From: a bacterium
GTDB lineage: Bacteria; UBA8248
Length of the DNA stretch: 64,000 bases
Assembly (NCBI GenBank): GCA_963692865.2
Contig: OY843592.1
Coordinates: 1,824,001 to 1,888,000 of the forward strand
Direction of reading: 5' to 3'
Shown here: positions 47,812 through 61,678 of the stretch, one piece after another
Numbering within the stretch: the stretch's first letter is position 1
Layout: each line of letters opens with the position of its first letter
Made by a program: the position numbers and the translations under genes
The notes under the pieces: generated by a model
The model's database searches: none
What the model was told of the DNA's origin: nothing
What the model saw: the letters and a program-made list of their open reading frames with translations, nothing else

Positions 47812-47952
47812 GGTTTATCCCTCGAATAGGTGGATAACAGGTTATTCGGAAGTTCTCCCACCACCGGCTTCGTGTCAAGCGTGCCTTGTATTTCGTGCTT
47901 CCAGGGGCTAGGGTGGCTCCCGCCTCCACGGGGAAGACGGGAATCTCATTCT

Positions 47953-48726
47953 ATGTCGAAGATGCGCTCTCATCGAACCGAGCCTGAAGAGTTGGCCGTA
48001 CTCGCCCGCGCCGTCGAGCGTTCGCTGGCCGAGGGCGGCAGGGGCCTCCATCACCTGAGCACGCCGCTGGGACGCGCCAATTATGTACGCAAGGCGGATA
48101 TCGTGAAAAATCTGAAGCCCGGTGGCGGCAGTTTGCTGGACTGGGGATGCGGATACGGGCAAATGTCTTATTTGCTCAGAAACCGGGGTTTCGAAGTCGT
48201 CTCGTATACCATCGAGGCGCAAGAACCCACGCCTTCTAACTCGTTTCTCCGCAAGCAGGACCTGGAAGTCGTTTACGACAAAGACCCCGTTCGGCTTCCC
48301 TTCGGGGATGAGACGTTCGACGTCGTTTTGTCGTGCGGCGTTTTGGAACACGTCGAAGACGAGAGCGGATCGCTCGCAGAAATTCGCCGCATCCTGCGTC
48401 CCGCGGGGCTGTTCATCGTGATGATGCTTCCCAACGAATGGAGTTATGCGGAATTCATGGCGAGAAACGTCTTCCGGGTGAGCGAGCACGACCGGCTCTA
48501 TTCCATCGCCAAAATTCGGCGTCTCCTCTCCCGGTTCGAATTCCGGGCGGTCGAGACGTGGTACTCGAATACCCTGCCAAAGAATTTTACCCCTTTGCCG
48601 GAGGCGCTCAGGCAATCGCTCGGTGCGCATCCGCGTTTTTGGCTGGGCGTCGAGGCCCGGCTGTCCAGGATTCCTCCCATCTGCTGGTTCAGCGGGGTCG
48701 TCGAGGGCGTCTTCGAGCGTGAGTAG
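47953..48726 (+). CDS. class I SAM-dependent methyltransferase
   Basis: LDWGCGYG, LPF.DETFDVV, VLEHV. Confidence 0.85.
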   Translation: MSKMRSHRTEPEELAVLARAVERSLAEGGRGLHHLSTPLGRANYVRKADIVKNLKPGGGSLLDWGCGYGQMSYLLRNRGFEVVSYTIEAQEPTPSNSFLRKQDLEVVYDKDPVRLPFGDETFDVVLSCGVLEHVEDESGSLAEIRRILRPAGLFIVMMLPNEWSYAEFMARNVFRVSEHDRLYSIAKIRRLLSRFEFRAVETWYSNTLPKNFTPLPEALRQSLGAHPRFWLGVEARLSRIPPICWFSGVVEGVFERE

Positions 48727-48975
48727 TGAAGACGCGCCGAGATGCGAAATCGACTCGCGGGGTCATGGACCGTCGCGTGAAGCATCCTTGTATGTCCGAA
48801 TGTCGCCGAAAGCGCCTTGCGCTTTTTCCGCCAAATCGCTTAACTGAAAACCTGCGCTCATTGGACCCACCAATTTCTGGAATGAGAGCAAGCGAATATC
48901 CCAAAGCACCGGAATCTTTGCGGTAGAAAAACGCTTACGTCTCATGGAATGCGTCATCAACTCAGGTGGGTCGTC

Positions 48976-50091
48976 ATGCGAGTTCTCATCGTTTCCCGCT
49001 TCTGCGTCTCGCCGCTATATCGCGCGAAGTTCGCGGCACTCGCCCGGCGGCCGGGACTCAAGGTTTTTCTGCTCGCGCCCGAGAGGTGGAGAGAAGGCGC
49101 GCGGGTGTTCACCTGCCGTGAGGGCGAGGAGGACGGCTACCGGATTTTCACGGGTCCCTTGATTTTCAGCGGCAGGGTGGGCGGCCACGTCTACCGCCGG
49201 GGCCTCTGGAAAGCGCTCAGGGAAGCGCGTCCGGACGTCGCCCACTTAGAGGAGCAGTCCTACGGTCTCGTGGCGGCGCAGGTGCTGCTTTACCTCGCAT
49301 TGCTGAAATCGCGTCCGAAGCTCATGGTCAACAATTCGGAGAATTCGGGCGCCGCTCTCCCCTGGCGCGCGAGAACGATTGAAAACCAGGTTTTTCGCCG
49401 CGCGGACGCGCTTTTGGTCTACGCCCATACCGCCCGGGCTAGACTCTTGCGACTCGGCGCGCCGCCGCAGAAAATGCGAACACTTCCTCAATGGGGAGTG
49501 GATCCGGAGCTTTTCCGTCCGCCCGAGCCGGGCGAGCGCGGCGATGCGTTCAGAGTCGGCTACGCCGGGCGGCTTGTTCACTCGAAAGGGGTAGACGTTC
49601 TTCTCAAAGCGCTGTCCGGCCTCTCTGGAGTGTGGAAAGCGCAGATTGTGGGAGATGGAGAGGAGCGCGAAGCACTGGAGAGGCTGGCGCGGTCGCTCGG
49701 TATCGGGGAGCGGGTGGAATTCGTCGGCCGGGTCGATCACTCCGACGTGCCCGGATATTTGCGCGGGTGGCATGCGCTCGCGCTTCCATCGAGAACGACC
49801 CCGCACTGGAGAGAACAGTTCGGCCGGGTGCTGATCGAGGCGATGGGCTGCGGCGTGGTTCCCGTGGGAGCGACGACGGGAGAAATTCCCCACGTCATCG
49901 GCGGGGAGGGATATGTTTTTCCGGAAGACGATGTAGAGTCTTTGCGGGAAATTCTCCGGAAGCTGCAAAGTGAACCCCGCGAGCGCGAGCGCCTGGCGCG
50001 GGCGGGGCGCAAGAGAATGCTCGAAGAATTTACCTGGGACGTGCTGGCCGGGAAGGCTCATCGTCTCTATGAAGATGTTTTGGGGGGATGA
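48976..50091 (+). CDS. glycosyltransferase family 4
   Basis: GRL...KGV and EQFGRVLIEAMGCG. Confidence 0.9.
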   Translation: MRVLIVSRFCVSPLYRAKFAALARRPGLKVFLLAPERWREGARVFTCREGEEDGYRIFTGPLIFSGRVGGHVYRRGLWKALREARPDVAHLEEQSYGLVAAQVLLYLALLKSRPKLMVNNSENSGAALPWRARTIENQVFRRADALLVYAHTARARLLRLGAPPQKMRTLPQWGVDPELFRPPEPGERGDAFRVGYAGRLVHSKGVDVLLKALSGLSGVWKAQIVGDGEEREALERLARSLGIGERVEFVGRVDHSDVPGYLRGWHALALPSRTTPHWREQFGRVLIEAMGCGVVPVGATTGEIPHVIGGEGYVFPEDDVESLREILRKLQSEPRERERLARAGRKRMLEEFTWDVLAGKAHRLYEDVLGG

Positions 50092-50207
50092 GGCAGACGG
50101 CATCGTATAACTTGCAGGGGTTCCATGCGGAAGCGGAATTTCCGCCGGGGGGCGAAGCGCGCTATATTCTTAAGTGCTTTTTGGGTTGAAATTCTTTTCG
50201 AGAGTGC

Positions 50208-51518
50208 GTGATGAACAGGTCGGAAAACGCAGCAATGCGCGAATCCTCCCATGATGCGGCGAGTTTTCTGGACGAGGCTCGATTGCGCGTTCCTCCCAAA
50301 TCCGCCGCGCCTTCGATGAGAGAGGCGCTCAGACCGGAGCAGCGCGGCAGGATTCCCGTTTTCGAGCGTAGCTACCACTATCAGAGCCTTCCGGTGCGAT
50401 GCGCGTTTCGTGCGGTCGACCTGCTGGGGGAGACTTTTGTTCGCAACACGAGAGAACGGCCTCCGGCAATTCGCCGCGTTCTTTTGATGCGCCCCGACCA
50501 TATCGGCGACGTCGTCTGCACGCTGCCCGCAATCCGTGCGATTCGCGACAGTCTGCCGGATGCGCAAATCGACCTCCTCATTCGTTCGTCCGCCCGCTCT
50601 TTGTTCAGGGAGTTCGATGAAGAATTGGCGGGGGTGGATTTTCTCGTTTTCAATGCGTCCTGGCGCGACAGGCCGAAAAGAAAGAAATTCGGTTTTCTCT
50701 CGATGAGCCGGCTGAGGCGGCTGCTCAGATTGAGAGCCGAGGAAATCGGCGGCCCCTACGATCTGGCGGTGGATTTCGCCGGAGATTTTCAGTCGATCCT
50801 CGCGGCCAGACTTGCGGGCGTACGCTATCTGGCCGGGCGCGGAATAAGGGGATTCGGCTTCGGTCTGGACGTGGAGGCCGAGGAGTTTCCCAAACGCCAT
50901 CAGGTGGAATTTAATCTGGATATGCTCGAATACGCGGGGCTGGGTTCGTTCGAGACCAAGAACCCCGCGCTGGCGCTTTCTGAGGAAGAGTTGGCCGAAG
51001 GGCGTGCGTGTATAGCTTCCATGACGGAGGATCCCTCGGGTTCTTTCATCGGAATTCACCCTGGAGCAGGAGGAAGAGAGAGAATATGGAGCCCGAAACT
51101 TTACGGAGAGTTGATCAGCCGGGTCGTCTCCACGCTTCCCGCTCGGGTTCTGTTGTTAGGCGGGCCGGATGATCGGCCGGTCGTCGATGCGACCCTTAAA
51201 TCCATGAAGGGCGTCCGCGTCCGGGGCACTATTTTGGATATGTGCGAGAGGGTACAGAACCTCCGCTCGCTCATGGGAGTCATGAAGGCCTGCCGGCTGT
51301 TCATCGGCAACGACTCGGGCCCCGCCCATATCGCCGCGGCGCTCGGGGTTCCCGTGATTTGCATCTTTCAGGGGCCGGCTGAGCCGAGCATATGGGGGCC
51401 GCGCGGCCCGAATATAGTGGTATTGCGAAAACTTCCCGCATCCAAGGGCGGTGTCCGGAGGGACAGGGAGAATCAGGAGCTCGAGCGCGTCTACGAAGCG
51501 GTGAAGAGATGCGTATAG
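50208..51518 (+). CDS. glycosyltransferase family 9 (heptosyltransferase-like)
   Basis: DHIGDVV, IHPGAG, GNDSGPAHIAAALG.P; start uncertain. Confidence 0.88.
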   Translation: MMNRSENAAMRESSHDAASFLDEARLRVPPKSAAPSMREALRPEQRGRIPVFERSYHYQSLPVRCAFRAVDLLGETFVRNTRERPPAIRRVLLMRPDHIGDVVCTLPAIRAIRDSLPDAQIDLLIRSSARSLFREFDEELAGVDFLVFNASWRDRPKRKKFGFLSMSRLRRLLRLRAEEIGGPYDLAVDFAGDFQSILAARLAGVRYLAGRGIRGFGFGLDVEAEEFPKRHQVEFNLDMLEYAGLGSFETKNPALALSEEELAEGRACIASMTEDPSGSFIGIHPGAGGRERIWSPKLYGELISRVVSTLPARVLLLGGPDDRPVVDATLKSMKGVRVRGTILDMCERVQNLRSLMGVMKACRLFIGNDSGPAHIAAALGVPVICIFQGPAEPSIWGPRGPNIVVLRKLPASKGGVRRDRENQELERVYEAVKRCV

Positions 51519-52606
51519 GGATTGACGTTCGCATGATCTCGATGGGGGGCATCGGAACCTATTTGAGAGCCCTGCTCGCCGGGCTGAGCAGGCGCGATGA
51601 CGATGCCGAGTACGTGTTGTTCGCACAGGAAAAGGACGTGGGTTTCTGCGCCGGGCTGGGCGGTAATTTCACGCGGCGGGTTTGCGACGCGCCGCCCTAT
51701 TCACTTGCCGAGCAGGTGATTCTGCCCCGGCTGCTGGCGCGCGAGCGGCTGGATCTGATTCACCATCCGCATTATTTCGCTCCTTTTTTCGGGAAGACGC
51801 CCATGGTGGCTACGATTCATGATTTGATCCATCAGTTGTTTCCGGCGCTTTGCCCCTCGCCGCTGCACTGGCGCGCCTCCAAATGGACGGTCGCGAGAAC
51901 GGCGCGGCGGGCGCGTCTGGTTCTCGCTGTTTCCGAGCACACGAAAAGAGATATCGTGAAGCACGTGGGCGCCCCCGATGAAAAGGTGCGTGTCGTGCAC
52001 AACGCCTTGCCGCCCGGCTGGGAGAATGGAAACGCGCCCTTGCCTGAGGCGCTAAGGAAACTCGGCGATACGCCGTATTTTCTCTATGTGGGAAACCACA
52101 AGCGCCACAAGAACCTGCAACTGCTGCTCGATGCCTTTGCGGATTTGCTGAAGGAGGCGAGCGACGTTCGCCTCGTCATGACGGGCGAGCGGCAGAGTCT
52201 GGAGAATGTCTTGCAATTTTTGAAACTCGGGGAAGAGGTGGTGTTTCTGGGGCAGATGTCTCGAGAGTCGCTGCCGGGTGTCTATCGCTCCGCGCTGGCG
52301 CTGGTGTTTCCCTCCCATTACGAGGGTTTTGGCTATCCTCCCTTGGAGGCCATGGCGTGCGGCGCGCCGCCGATTGTGTCGGATGCGGCGGCTCTGCCCG
52401 AGGTGGTCGGCGACGCGGGCCTGATCGTTCCGCGGGGAGACAAGACCGCCCTGCGAAACGCGATGTTGCGCATTTTGAACGAACCGGGATTGAGAGAGGC
52501 CCTGTCTGAGAAGTCGACAGAGCGGGCGCGCTTTTTTCACTGGGAAAAGCTCGCTGCTGAAACACAACGCGCCTACCGCGACGCCCTTTTATGTTCGTCC
52601 GGGTGA
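51509..52606 (+). CDS. glycosyltransferase family 4
   Basis: TIHDL, HKN, YEGFGYPPLEAMACG. Confidence 0.9.
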   Translation: MRIGIDVRMISMGGIGTYLRALLAGLSRRDDDAEYVLFAQEKDVGFCAGLGGNFTRRVCDAPPYSLAEQVILPRLLARERLDLIHHPHYFAPFFGKTPMVATIHDLIHQLFPALCPSPLHWRASKWTVARTARRARLVLAVSEHTKRDIVKHVGAPDEKVRVVHNALPPGWENGNAPLPEALRKLGDTPYFLYVGNHKRHKNLQLLLDAFADLLKEASDVRLVMTGERQSLENVLQFLKLGEEVVFLGQMSRESLPGVYRSALALVFPSHYEGFGYPPLEAMACGAPPIVSDAAALPEVVGDAGLIVPRGDKTALRNAMLRILNEPGLREALSEKSTERARFFHWEKLAAETQRAYRDALLCSSG

Positions 52607-52655
52607 ATTCCCGCCTCTGCATCTGCCTCCAGGTCTTGAGACCTCAGGAGCGCAT

Positions 52656-53852
52656 ATGCGGGTAGCGATCGTGCATGACTGGCTCACAGGCATGAGAGGC
52701 GGAGAGAAATGCCTCGAAGTGTTTTGCGAGATATACCCGGAGGCGGATATCTTCACGCTGTTTCACGTTCCGGGCTCGGTTTCCGAGGTCATCGAGCGCC
52801 ACCGCATCCATACCAGCCCCTTGCAGTGGGTTCCCGGCGCCAGACGGCGCTACCGCTATACGCTGCCCCTCATGCCGACGGCTGTGCGGATGTTCTCGCT
52901 CGGGGAGTACGATTTCATTCTCTCAAGTTCGCATTGCGTCGCGAAAGGAGCAAGGGGAGGTTATAAAACCTACCACCTCAGCTATTGCCACACGCCGATG
53001 CGCTACGCCTGGAGCGGGTATGAGGAATATCTCGCGCGATTGGACGGCGGGGCCAAGTGGTTTTTCCCTCGCCTCGTCGAGTATCTTAGAAGATGGGACA
53101 ACGAAGCCAACAAGGGAGTACATGATTTCATGGCCAACAGCCGGACGGTGGCGGAGCGCATCCGCCGCTATTACGGTAGAGAGGCGGAAGTGCTCTATCC
53201 TCCGGTGGATACCGAGTTCTACCGACCCCGAAACGGGCGCGTATCGGACTACTATCTCATGGTCACGGCGTTCGCGCCCTATAAGCGCGTCGATGCGGCG
53301 GTCGAGGCGTTCGGGCGGCTTGGGCGCCCGCTCAAGATAGTGGGAGAGGGCCAGGATTTCGAGCGCATCCGCGCGCTCGGAAAACCGAACGTGAAATTTT
53401 TGGGTTGGCAGGATGATGAAACCATCCGTGATCTTTACGCCGGATGCCGGGCCTTCATCCTGCCGGGTGAGGAAGATTTCGGCATCGCTCCGATCGAGGC
53501 GCAGGCATGCGGCCGTCCGGTTCTCGCTCTGGGCGCGGGCGGCGCGCTCGAGACCGTCGTGGGTGTGAATGCGCAAGACTATGAAACGCCGCCGGGCTTT
53601 GTTCCTTGGAGCGAGGCGGGGGATGGTGAAGCGGAACCGACGGGGGTGTTTTTCTCCCGTCCGGAAGCAGCGCACATCGAAGAGGCCGTCATGGCGTTCG
53701 AGAAGATAGAGCATCGATTCTCGCCTGATGCCGCGCGCAGACAAGCGGAGCGATTCGGGCGTGAGCATTTCAAGAAAACGTCGGCGGAGCGTTTTCGGCA
53801 GGGATGGTTGAATCACCGCGGGCGTCTGGAAAAATCTGGAGAAACATACTGA
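52656..53852 (+). CDS. glycosyltransferase family 4
   Basis: VHDWLTGMRGGEK, YCHTPMRY, EDFGIAPIEAQACG. Confidence 0.9.
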   Translation: MRVAIVHDWLTGMRGGEKCLEVFCEIYPEADIFTLFHVPGSVSEVIERHRIHTSPLQWVPGARRRYRYTLPLMPTAVRMFSLGEYDFILSSSHCVAKGARGGYKTYHLSYCHTPMRYAWSGYEEYLARLDGGAKWFFPRLVEYLRRWDNEANKGVHDFMANSRTVAERIRRYYGREAEVLYPPVDTEFYRPRNGRVSDYYLMVTAFAPYKRVDAAVEAFGRLGRPLKIVGEGQDFERIRALGKPNVKFLGWQDDETIRDLYAGCRAFILPGEEDFGIAPIEAQACGRPVLALGAGGALETVVGVNAQDYETPPGFVPWSEAGDGEAEPTGVFFSRPEAAHIEEAVMAFEKIEHRFSPDAARRQAERFGREHFKKTSAERFRQGWLNHRGRLEKSGETY

Positions 53853-53937
53853 GCGATAGAGTAATACTAAGATAAGGTTGCTTGAAGGCGCCTTGCACGA
53901 GGAACTTTTGGCTGGACCCGACAAGGAACATCATGTC

Positions 53938-55326
53938 GTGTTACGTAAATACGGCCAATTGAACTCTTTTTTTCTATTCGGGGGAGACGTCATCGCGCTG
54001 ATTGCGGCCTGGTTCATGGCGTATTGGTTGCGTTTCGTCGCGGAAATAGTTCCCGTTCCCTCCGGATATCCCGATTTCAGCGTCTACCTCGTCTCGCTTT
54101 TCGTGATACTGCTCATTTGGCTCACCGCTTCGGGCATTACGCGTTTGTATCATTACCGGGCTGGCCTCAATCGCGCTCAGGAGGTTATTCGGCTCATGAG
54201 CACGTTGGCTTGGACGGTTCTGCTGTTCGCCTTCTTCACGTTTTTCTATCGCAAGCAAAGTTACAGCCGATTGTTGGTCGTTCTTTTCATGGTCCTCGGG
54301 CCTGTTTTTCTTTTCTCGGTCCGACGTCTCGTCTGGTCCTTCATTCGACGTTTGAGGCGCCGGGGCGTGGACGTGCGGCGCGTCCTCATCGCGGGAACAA
54401 CGCCTATCGCCCGCCGGGTCGCCACTCATTTGGAGACATATCGATATCTTGGCTTTCAGGTCGTGGGACACCTCTGTGAGGGAGATGCCGCAGAAGGCGC
54501 GCCCGTACTCGGGAAGCTGGAGGAGGTGCGCGAAGTCGTGGCGCAAGAGAGAATCCATGAAGTCTACGTGGCGCTTCCCCCGAATTCGCGCGCCGCGCAA
54601 GAGGAATTACTGAACGCGCTGGCGGATTCGAGTGTTGACATCCGTCTGGTACCCGATATCGTTGAACACATGCGGCTGAACGCCGGAATTGAGCAACTTG
54701 ACGGCTTGCCGGTAATCCTTTTGTCGCAAACACCTCTTTCGGGCTGGAATCGGTGGATGAAGGTGGTGGTGGATTATTTTCTGGGCGCTCTATTGCTGCT
54801 TGTTCTCAGCCCGCTCATGGCCGTCATCGCACTTGTCGTGAAATGGACGAGCCGCGGCCCCGCCTTTTATCACCAGGAGAGAATGGGTCTGGACGGCGTG
54901 CGGTTTCGCATGTACAAATTTCGCTCCATGAGAGTGGATGCGGAGGCGGAATCGGGCGCGGTCTGGACGAAGGGTGAGGATGAACGGCGCACCCGGTTCG
55001 GCGCTTTCCTCAGAAAGACGAGTCTCGATGAGTTGCCGCAGTTGTTCAACGTGCTGCGCGGTGAAATGAGCCTTGTGGGCCCGAGGCCCGAGCGTCCGGT
55101 TTTTGTGGAGAAATTCAGAGCATCCGTTCCCGATTACATGTTGCGCCACAAGATGAAATCCGGAATGACGGGTTGGGCGCAGGTAAATGGATGGCGCGGA
55201 AACACGTCGATAGAAAAAAGAATCGAATTCGATTTACACTACATTGAGAACTGGTCTCTGGGCTTTGACATCAGGATTTTATGGCTCACCCTCTGGAAGG
55301 GGTTGATAAATAAAAATGCGTATTAG
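53938..55326 (+). CDS. wcaJ: undecaprenyl-phosphate glucose phosphotransferase (WcaJ-like)
   Basis: N-terminal TMs, KFRSM, SLDELPQL.NV..GEMSLVGPRPE, GMTGWAQVNG. Confidence 0.85.
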   Translation: MLRKYGQLNSFFLFGGDVIALIAAWFMAYWLRFVAEIVPVPSGYPDFSVYLVSLFVILLIWLTASGITRLYHYRAGLNRAQEVIRLMSTLAWTVLLFAFFTFFYRKQSYSRLLVVLFMVLGPVFLFSVRRLVWSFIRRLRRRGVDVRRVLIAGTTPIARRVATHLETYRYLGFQVVGHLCEGDAAEGAPVLGKLEEVREVVAQERIHEVYVALPPNSRAAQEELLNALADSSVDIRLVPDIVEHMRLNAGIEQLDGLPVILLSQTPLSGWNRWMKVVVDYFLGALLLLVLSPLMAVIALVVKWTSRGPAFYHQERMGLDGVRFRMYKFRSMRVDAEAESGAVWTKGEDERRTRFGAFLRKTSLDELPQLFNVLRGEMSLVGPRPERPVFVEKFRASVPDYMLRHKMKSGMTGWAQVNGWRGNTSIEKRIEFDLHYIENWSLGFDIRILWLTLWKGLINKNAY

Positions 55327-55347
55327 ACGGCATCATGGGTGGAAAGA

Positions 55348-57770
<2,423 letters not shown>

Positions 57771-57819
57771 TGCGTCCTCTCGTGCCGCTCAAGCGGCGTG
57801 GAGCCTGGAAAAGATAAAA

Positions 57820-58653
57820 ATGACGGAAAAGAAGATGGTAAAAATCGGGGATGTGTTCTTCGGCGGCCCGGGGTCGATATGCGTCATCGCGGGGCCTTGC
57901 GTGATCGAGAGCGAACAACTGACTAGAAAGTGCGCCGAAAAAGTAAGAGGGGCGGCGGAAAAATGCGGCATCGGCGGGGTGTTCAAGGCCTCTTATGACA
58001 AGGCGAATCGTAGTTCGGGAAAATCACCGCGCGGACCCGGCATCGATGAGGGTTTGCGAATACTCGAGATAATAAGGTGTGAAACCGGTCTTCCGGTGAT
58101 GTCCGACGTTCATAGCCCCGAGGAGGCCGAGCACGCGGCTCAGGTGCTGGACGCTATTCAGATTCCCGCTTTTTTGTGTCGCCAGACGGACCTCCTCCAC
58201 GCCGCGGGAAGAACAGGAAAGCCCGTGAACGTCAAAAAGGGACAGTTCATGGCGCCCGAGGACATGAAAAACGTCGTAGAAAAACTCGAGGGATCGGGTT
58301 GCCGGCAAATACTTCTTACCGAGCGAGGAACCAGTTTCGGCTACCACAACCTGGTTTCGGACATGCGCTCGCTCGTGAAGATGCGCGAATTGGGATATCC
58401 CGTGGTTTTCGATGCGACGCATAGCGTTCAGTCGCCTGGCGGACTCGGGGAAAGTTCGGGAGGCGATAGACGTATGGTTCCCCATCTCGCACGCGCTGCC
58501 GCCGCCGTGGGCGTCGACGCTTTTTTCATCGAATGTCACCCGAGGCCGGATGAAGCATTATCCGATGGGCCTAACATGATGCACATCGAAGAGCTTCATC
58601 CTCTTCTCACCTCCTTGCAGGCAATAGATTCTGCGCGTCTTGACGCACAATAG
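57820..58653 (+). CDS. kdsA: KDO8P synthase
   Basis: [37 protein letters not shown]. Confidence 0.97.
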   Translation: MTEKKMVKIGDVFFGGPGSICVIAGPCVIESEQLTRKCAEKVRGAAEKCGIGGVFKASYDKANRSSGKSPRGPGIDEGLRILEIIRCETGLPVMSDVHSPEEAEHAAQVLDAIQIPAFLCRQTDLLHAAGRTGKPVNVKKGQFMAPEDMKNVVEKLEGSGCRQILLTERGTSFGYHNLVSDMRSLVKMRELGYPVVFDATHSVQSPGGLGESSGGDRRMVPHLARAAAAVGVDAFFIECHPRPDEALSDGPNMMHIEELHPLLTSLQAIDSARLDAQ

Positions 58654-58912
58654 CGTTTTGAGAAGTCAGTTTACCATCACGTTCTCAGTTTCACGCCTCT
58701 TCTTCACGCAACGGAGCATACCTGCAGGGTGGGTTCAGTCCCCTATTTCATTGATGGTGTAAGAGGTCGGGAAGTTTTCGGTTTCTTGAGACGGCGAGCC
58801 CTGAATTTGGCGTCAAATATGAATTGGCACAACTTTCAAACATTTTGGTAATATATTGATTCGTTGTTGTTTGATTGAAAATTTGTGATTCCCACTTTCA
58901 TGGGAAGGAGCC

Positions 58913-60655
58913 ATGCAACATCAACGTCTCTATTCCGGCCCTCGGTCTAATCTCTCTTTCATAGGCACGGGTGTACGCCTGCAAGGCTCACTGCTTTTCT
59001 CAGGCAAAGTTCTCGTGCAAGGAGAATTCAGAGGAGAAATTAATGGTGATGGACATCTCGAGATTGGAGAGACGGGAAAGGCCGAGGGCGATATCCACAC
59101 GAAAGAACTTGTGAATCACGGCCAGACCAAAGGTTCTATATCTGTGGAAAGTCGTGTTGAATTCAACGCCGGATGCTTTCACGAAGGAGATGTCACGGCG
59201 CGGAAAATTTATATGGATCCGGAAGCAACGTTTGAGGGTAGATTGATGATGCCCGACGTCACTGCGACGCCTGCGCCCAAACCATGGGTTTCGAAAAGGT
59301 GCCTGCAAATTGCGGTGGGGGTGGTGCTATTTCTGGCCGCTGGTATTGCCACCACGGCGATTTCTCGTGAGTCTCCTGATTACTTGCGCAATATTTGGAA
59401 TCGCCTCGACGCAATGTGGGAAGCGAGAGTTGGTGAATGGCTGGACTCCAGCGGGCCGAAAAATCTGAAACTTGAATCTGAAGAACAACAGAGAAAATAT
59501 ATCGCTGAGGCGGCTCAGCACGAAAGTAAGGGAGAGTTCGATAAGGCCGTAACCGGCCTGAGAGCTGCTTTGGAGTTCAATGGGAGCCGCCAGAATGTGG
59601 CCCGATACCGCTTGGCGAAAATTCTGGCGCAGCAAAATCACTCCCGAGAGGCCGAAAGTGAAATACAATCTTTGCTCCAACGCACTCCGGGGCACATAGA
59701 AGGAATGATCTTGCTTGGGGATTTGTATGTTCGTAGTGGGCAACTATCCAAGGCGCTGGAAATATACCGAGAAGCCTATCTGCGTGAACCCGAAGACATT
59801 GTCTTGAAAAGAAGGCTTCAGATTCTGGAGTCGCGTGTCAGTTCGGTTCGGCCCAAGTCGGCCAGGCTTGCGGAAGAGGCGTTGGACCCGGCCCAGGTTT
59901 TAATCAATGCCGAGCGCTTCATATCCAGTGATGATCCGGCGAGGGCCGTGAACCTGCTGGAAGGAGCCATCGAAGCAACACCGGACAATGCGAGGTTCCA
60001 TTTCTTGCTGGGTGCCGCCCTGGTTCAAATGAACCGTAAGAACGAAGCAATTCGCGCCTATGAAAAAGTTGTTTCTTTATCGCCCGACTGGCTGGATGGT
60101 TATATACGTCTGGGTGCTCTTTTGGAATCTCAAGAGCGGGATAAAGATGCGATCTCACTATATGAAAAAGCGGGCCGACTGGACTCGAACGACATCGAGA
60201 TGAAAATTCGCATCGCCAATCTTCATAAATCGAGGGGACGGAAAAAGGTCGCTCATAAGATACTTCTGGACTTGCTGGATAAGCACCCCCATTCGTCTCG
60301 TGTTTTAGTGGAACTCGGTGTTTTTCTTTGGGAAAACAAACAACCAATAGAGTCGAAAAAAGTATTCATGCAGGTGCTCGAAATAGACAGGGATTCAGCG
60401 CCGGCCTTGAATCGCTTGGCGTGGTTTCACAGGAAGGACAAAGAAAGTCTGGCGCACGGCATCAAGCTTTCAAAACGCTCGCTGGAACTCCAGCCAGATA
60501 CACCGGCGTACCTCGACACCCTGGCGGAGTTGTATTATCGAAACGGAGAGTCGGTAAAGGCGCTTCCGCTCATTCAGAGGGCGATTGAATTAGAGCCCGG
60601 GAAACGCTATTTTCGTCTTCAACTGGAAAAATTCAAGAATGCGAGCCGCAAATGA
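58913..60655 (+). CDS. bactofilin-domain / TM / TPR fusion protein
   Basis: N-terminal beta-helix repeats (IG.G..LQG.L...G.V.VQG.FRGEI...), one TM, then multiple TPRs ending YLDTLAE.YY..G. Confidence 0.8.
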   Translation: MQHQRLYSGPRSNLSFIGTGVRLQGSLLFSGKVLVQGEFRGEINGDGHLEIGETGKAEGDIHTKELVNHGQTKGSISVESRVEFNAGCFHEGDVTARKIYMDPEATFEGRLMMPDVTATPAPKPWVSKRCLQIAVGVVLFLAAGIATTAISRESPDYLRNIWNRLDAMWEARVGEWLDSSGPKNLKLESEEQQRKYIAEAAQHESKGEFDKAVTGLRAALEFNGSRQNVARYRLAKILAQQNHSREAESEIQSLLQRTPGHIEGMILLGDLYVRSGQLSKALEIYREAYLREPEDIVLKRRLQILESRVSSVRPKSARLAEEALDPAQVLINAERFISSDDPARAVNLLEGAIEATPDNARFHFLLGAALVQMNRKNEAIRAYEKVVSLSPDWLDGYIRLGALLESQERDKDAISLYEKAGRLDSNDIEMKIRIANLHKSRGRKKVAHKILLDLLDKHPHSSRVLVELGVFLWENKQPIESKKVFMQVLEIDRDSAPALNRLAWFHRKDKESLAHGIKLSKRSLELQPDTPAYLDTLAELYYRNGESVKALPLIQRAIELEPGKRYFRLQLEKFKNASRK

Positions 60656-60844
60656 TTGCCGCAAGAGATCGTGTGGATGTTGATATTCATCACGTCTTGA
60701 TGATGTTGAATGATTGAGCGCTTCTCAGGCAGAGAATAAAAGTGTTGTATGCGGGGGTCATAAACAGATGGTATGAAGATGTGGCGGAACATGATTCATC
60801 CCGCCCCGTTAGTGGTCGCCGCTCTTAGTTTGGAGGGCTGAGAA

Positions 60845-61678
60845 ATGGGTGTTCTGACAATTTCAAGAGAACTTGGAAGCGGTGGTGATGTTATCGGGAA
60901 GAAAGTTGCTCAAGAATTGGGGTGGGACCTTTTGGATAACGACGGGTTTGCGGATGCCGCACAATCATATGGCTATGTTCGAGCCGAACTGGAGCAGGTG
61001 GATGAGAGGAAGCCCGGTTTGATAGACCGCTTTTTCCGGGACAGGCAACTCGTATATCTCGATATCATGCGCGCAATCGTGTATGAATCGGCGTTGAAAA
61101 ATAATTTCGTCATACTGGGTCGTGGCTCTCATATACTGTTGGAGGGAATCGAGGGAGTTTTTCGAGCGCGTATAGTGGCGCCTCGAGGTTATCGTCAGCG
61201 AACTTTGGTGAACAATGAGGGGATTACCCCGTCTATGGCAGAGCAGTTCATACGCCACAACGATGATGAAAGGATGGCGTATACGCGGCATTTTTTCGAT
61301 GTCCGATGGGGAGAACCGAGTCACTTTGACATCATATTGAATACCGGATTGTTCGATGAAGATACGTCAATACGTTTGCTGGTGAAAATTTTGGAAAGCG
61401 AGAAACTTTCGCAATCTCAACCATCGAAGTCTCAAAAGCTGCAAAATCTGGCTTTCGCGCAGAAGATTAAAGCGACAATCATGACGGATGAGCGAATCGA
61501 TGCGAGTGGCATTGTCGTAGAGTGTCTTGGAGCAGGAGAGTTGCTCCTGCATGGGCGCGTCAATAGCGACGAAGAAAAAGAATTGGCTGAATCAATTGCC
61601 AGAGGATATGCTGGAGTTGTCGAACTGAACAGTGAGTTGGTCGTGATGCCACCTATAGAAGGATGGTATCCGGTATGA
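60845..61678 (+). CDS. cytidylate kinase-like protein with C-terminal BON domain
   Basis: TISRELGSGG, VILGRG, FDIILNT; LHGRV.S.EEK.LAE.IA....GVV.L.SEL. Confidence 0.8.
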   Translation: MGVLTISRELGSGGDVIGKKVAQELGWDLLDNDGFADAAQSYGYVRAELEQVDERKPGLIDRFFRDRQLVYLDIMRAIVYESALKNNFVILGRGSHILLEGIEGVFRARIVAPRGYRQRTLVNNEGITPSMAEQFIRHNDDERMAYTRHFFDVRWGEPSHFDIILNTGLFDEDTSIRLLVKILESEKLSQSQPSKSQKLQNLAFAQKIKATIMTDERIDASGIVVECLGAGELLLHGRVNSDEEKELAESIARGYAGVVELNSELVVMPPIEGWYPV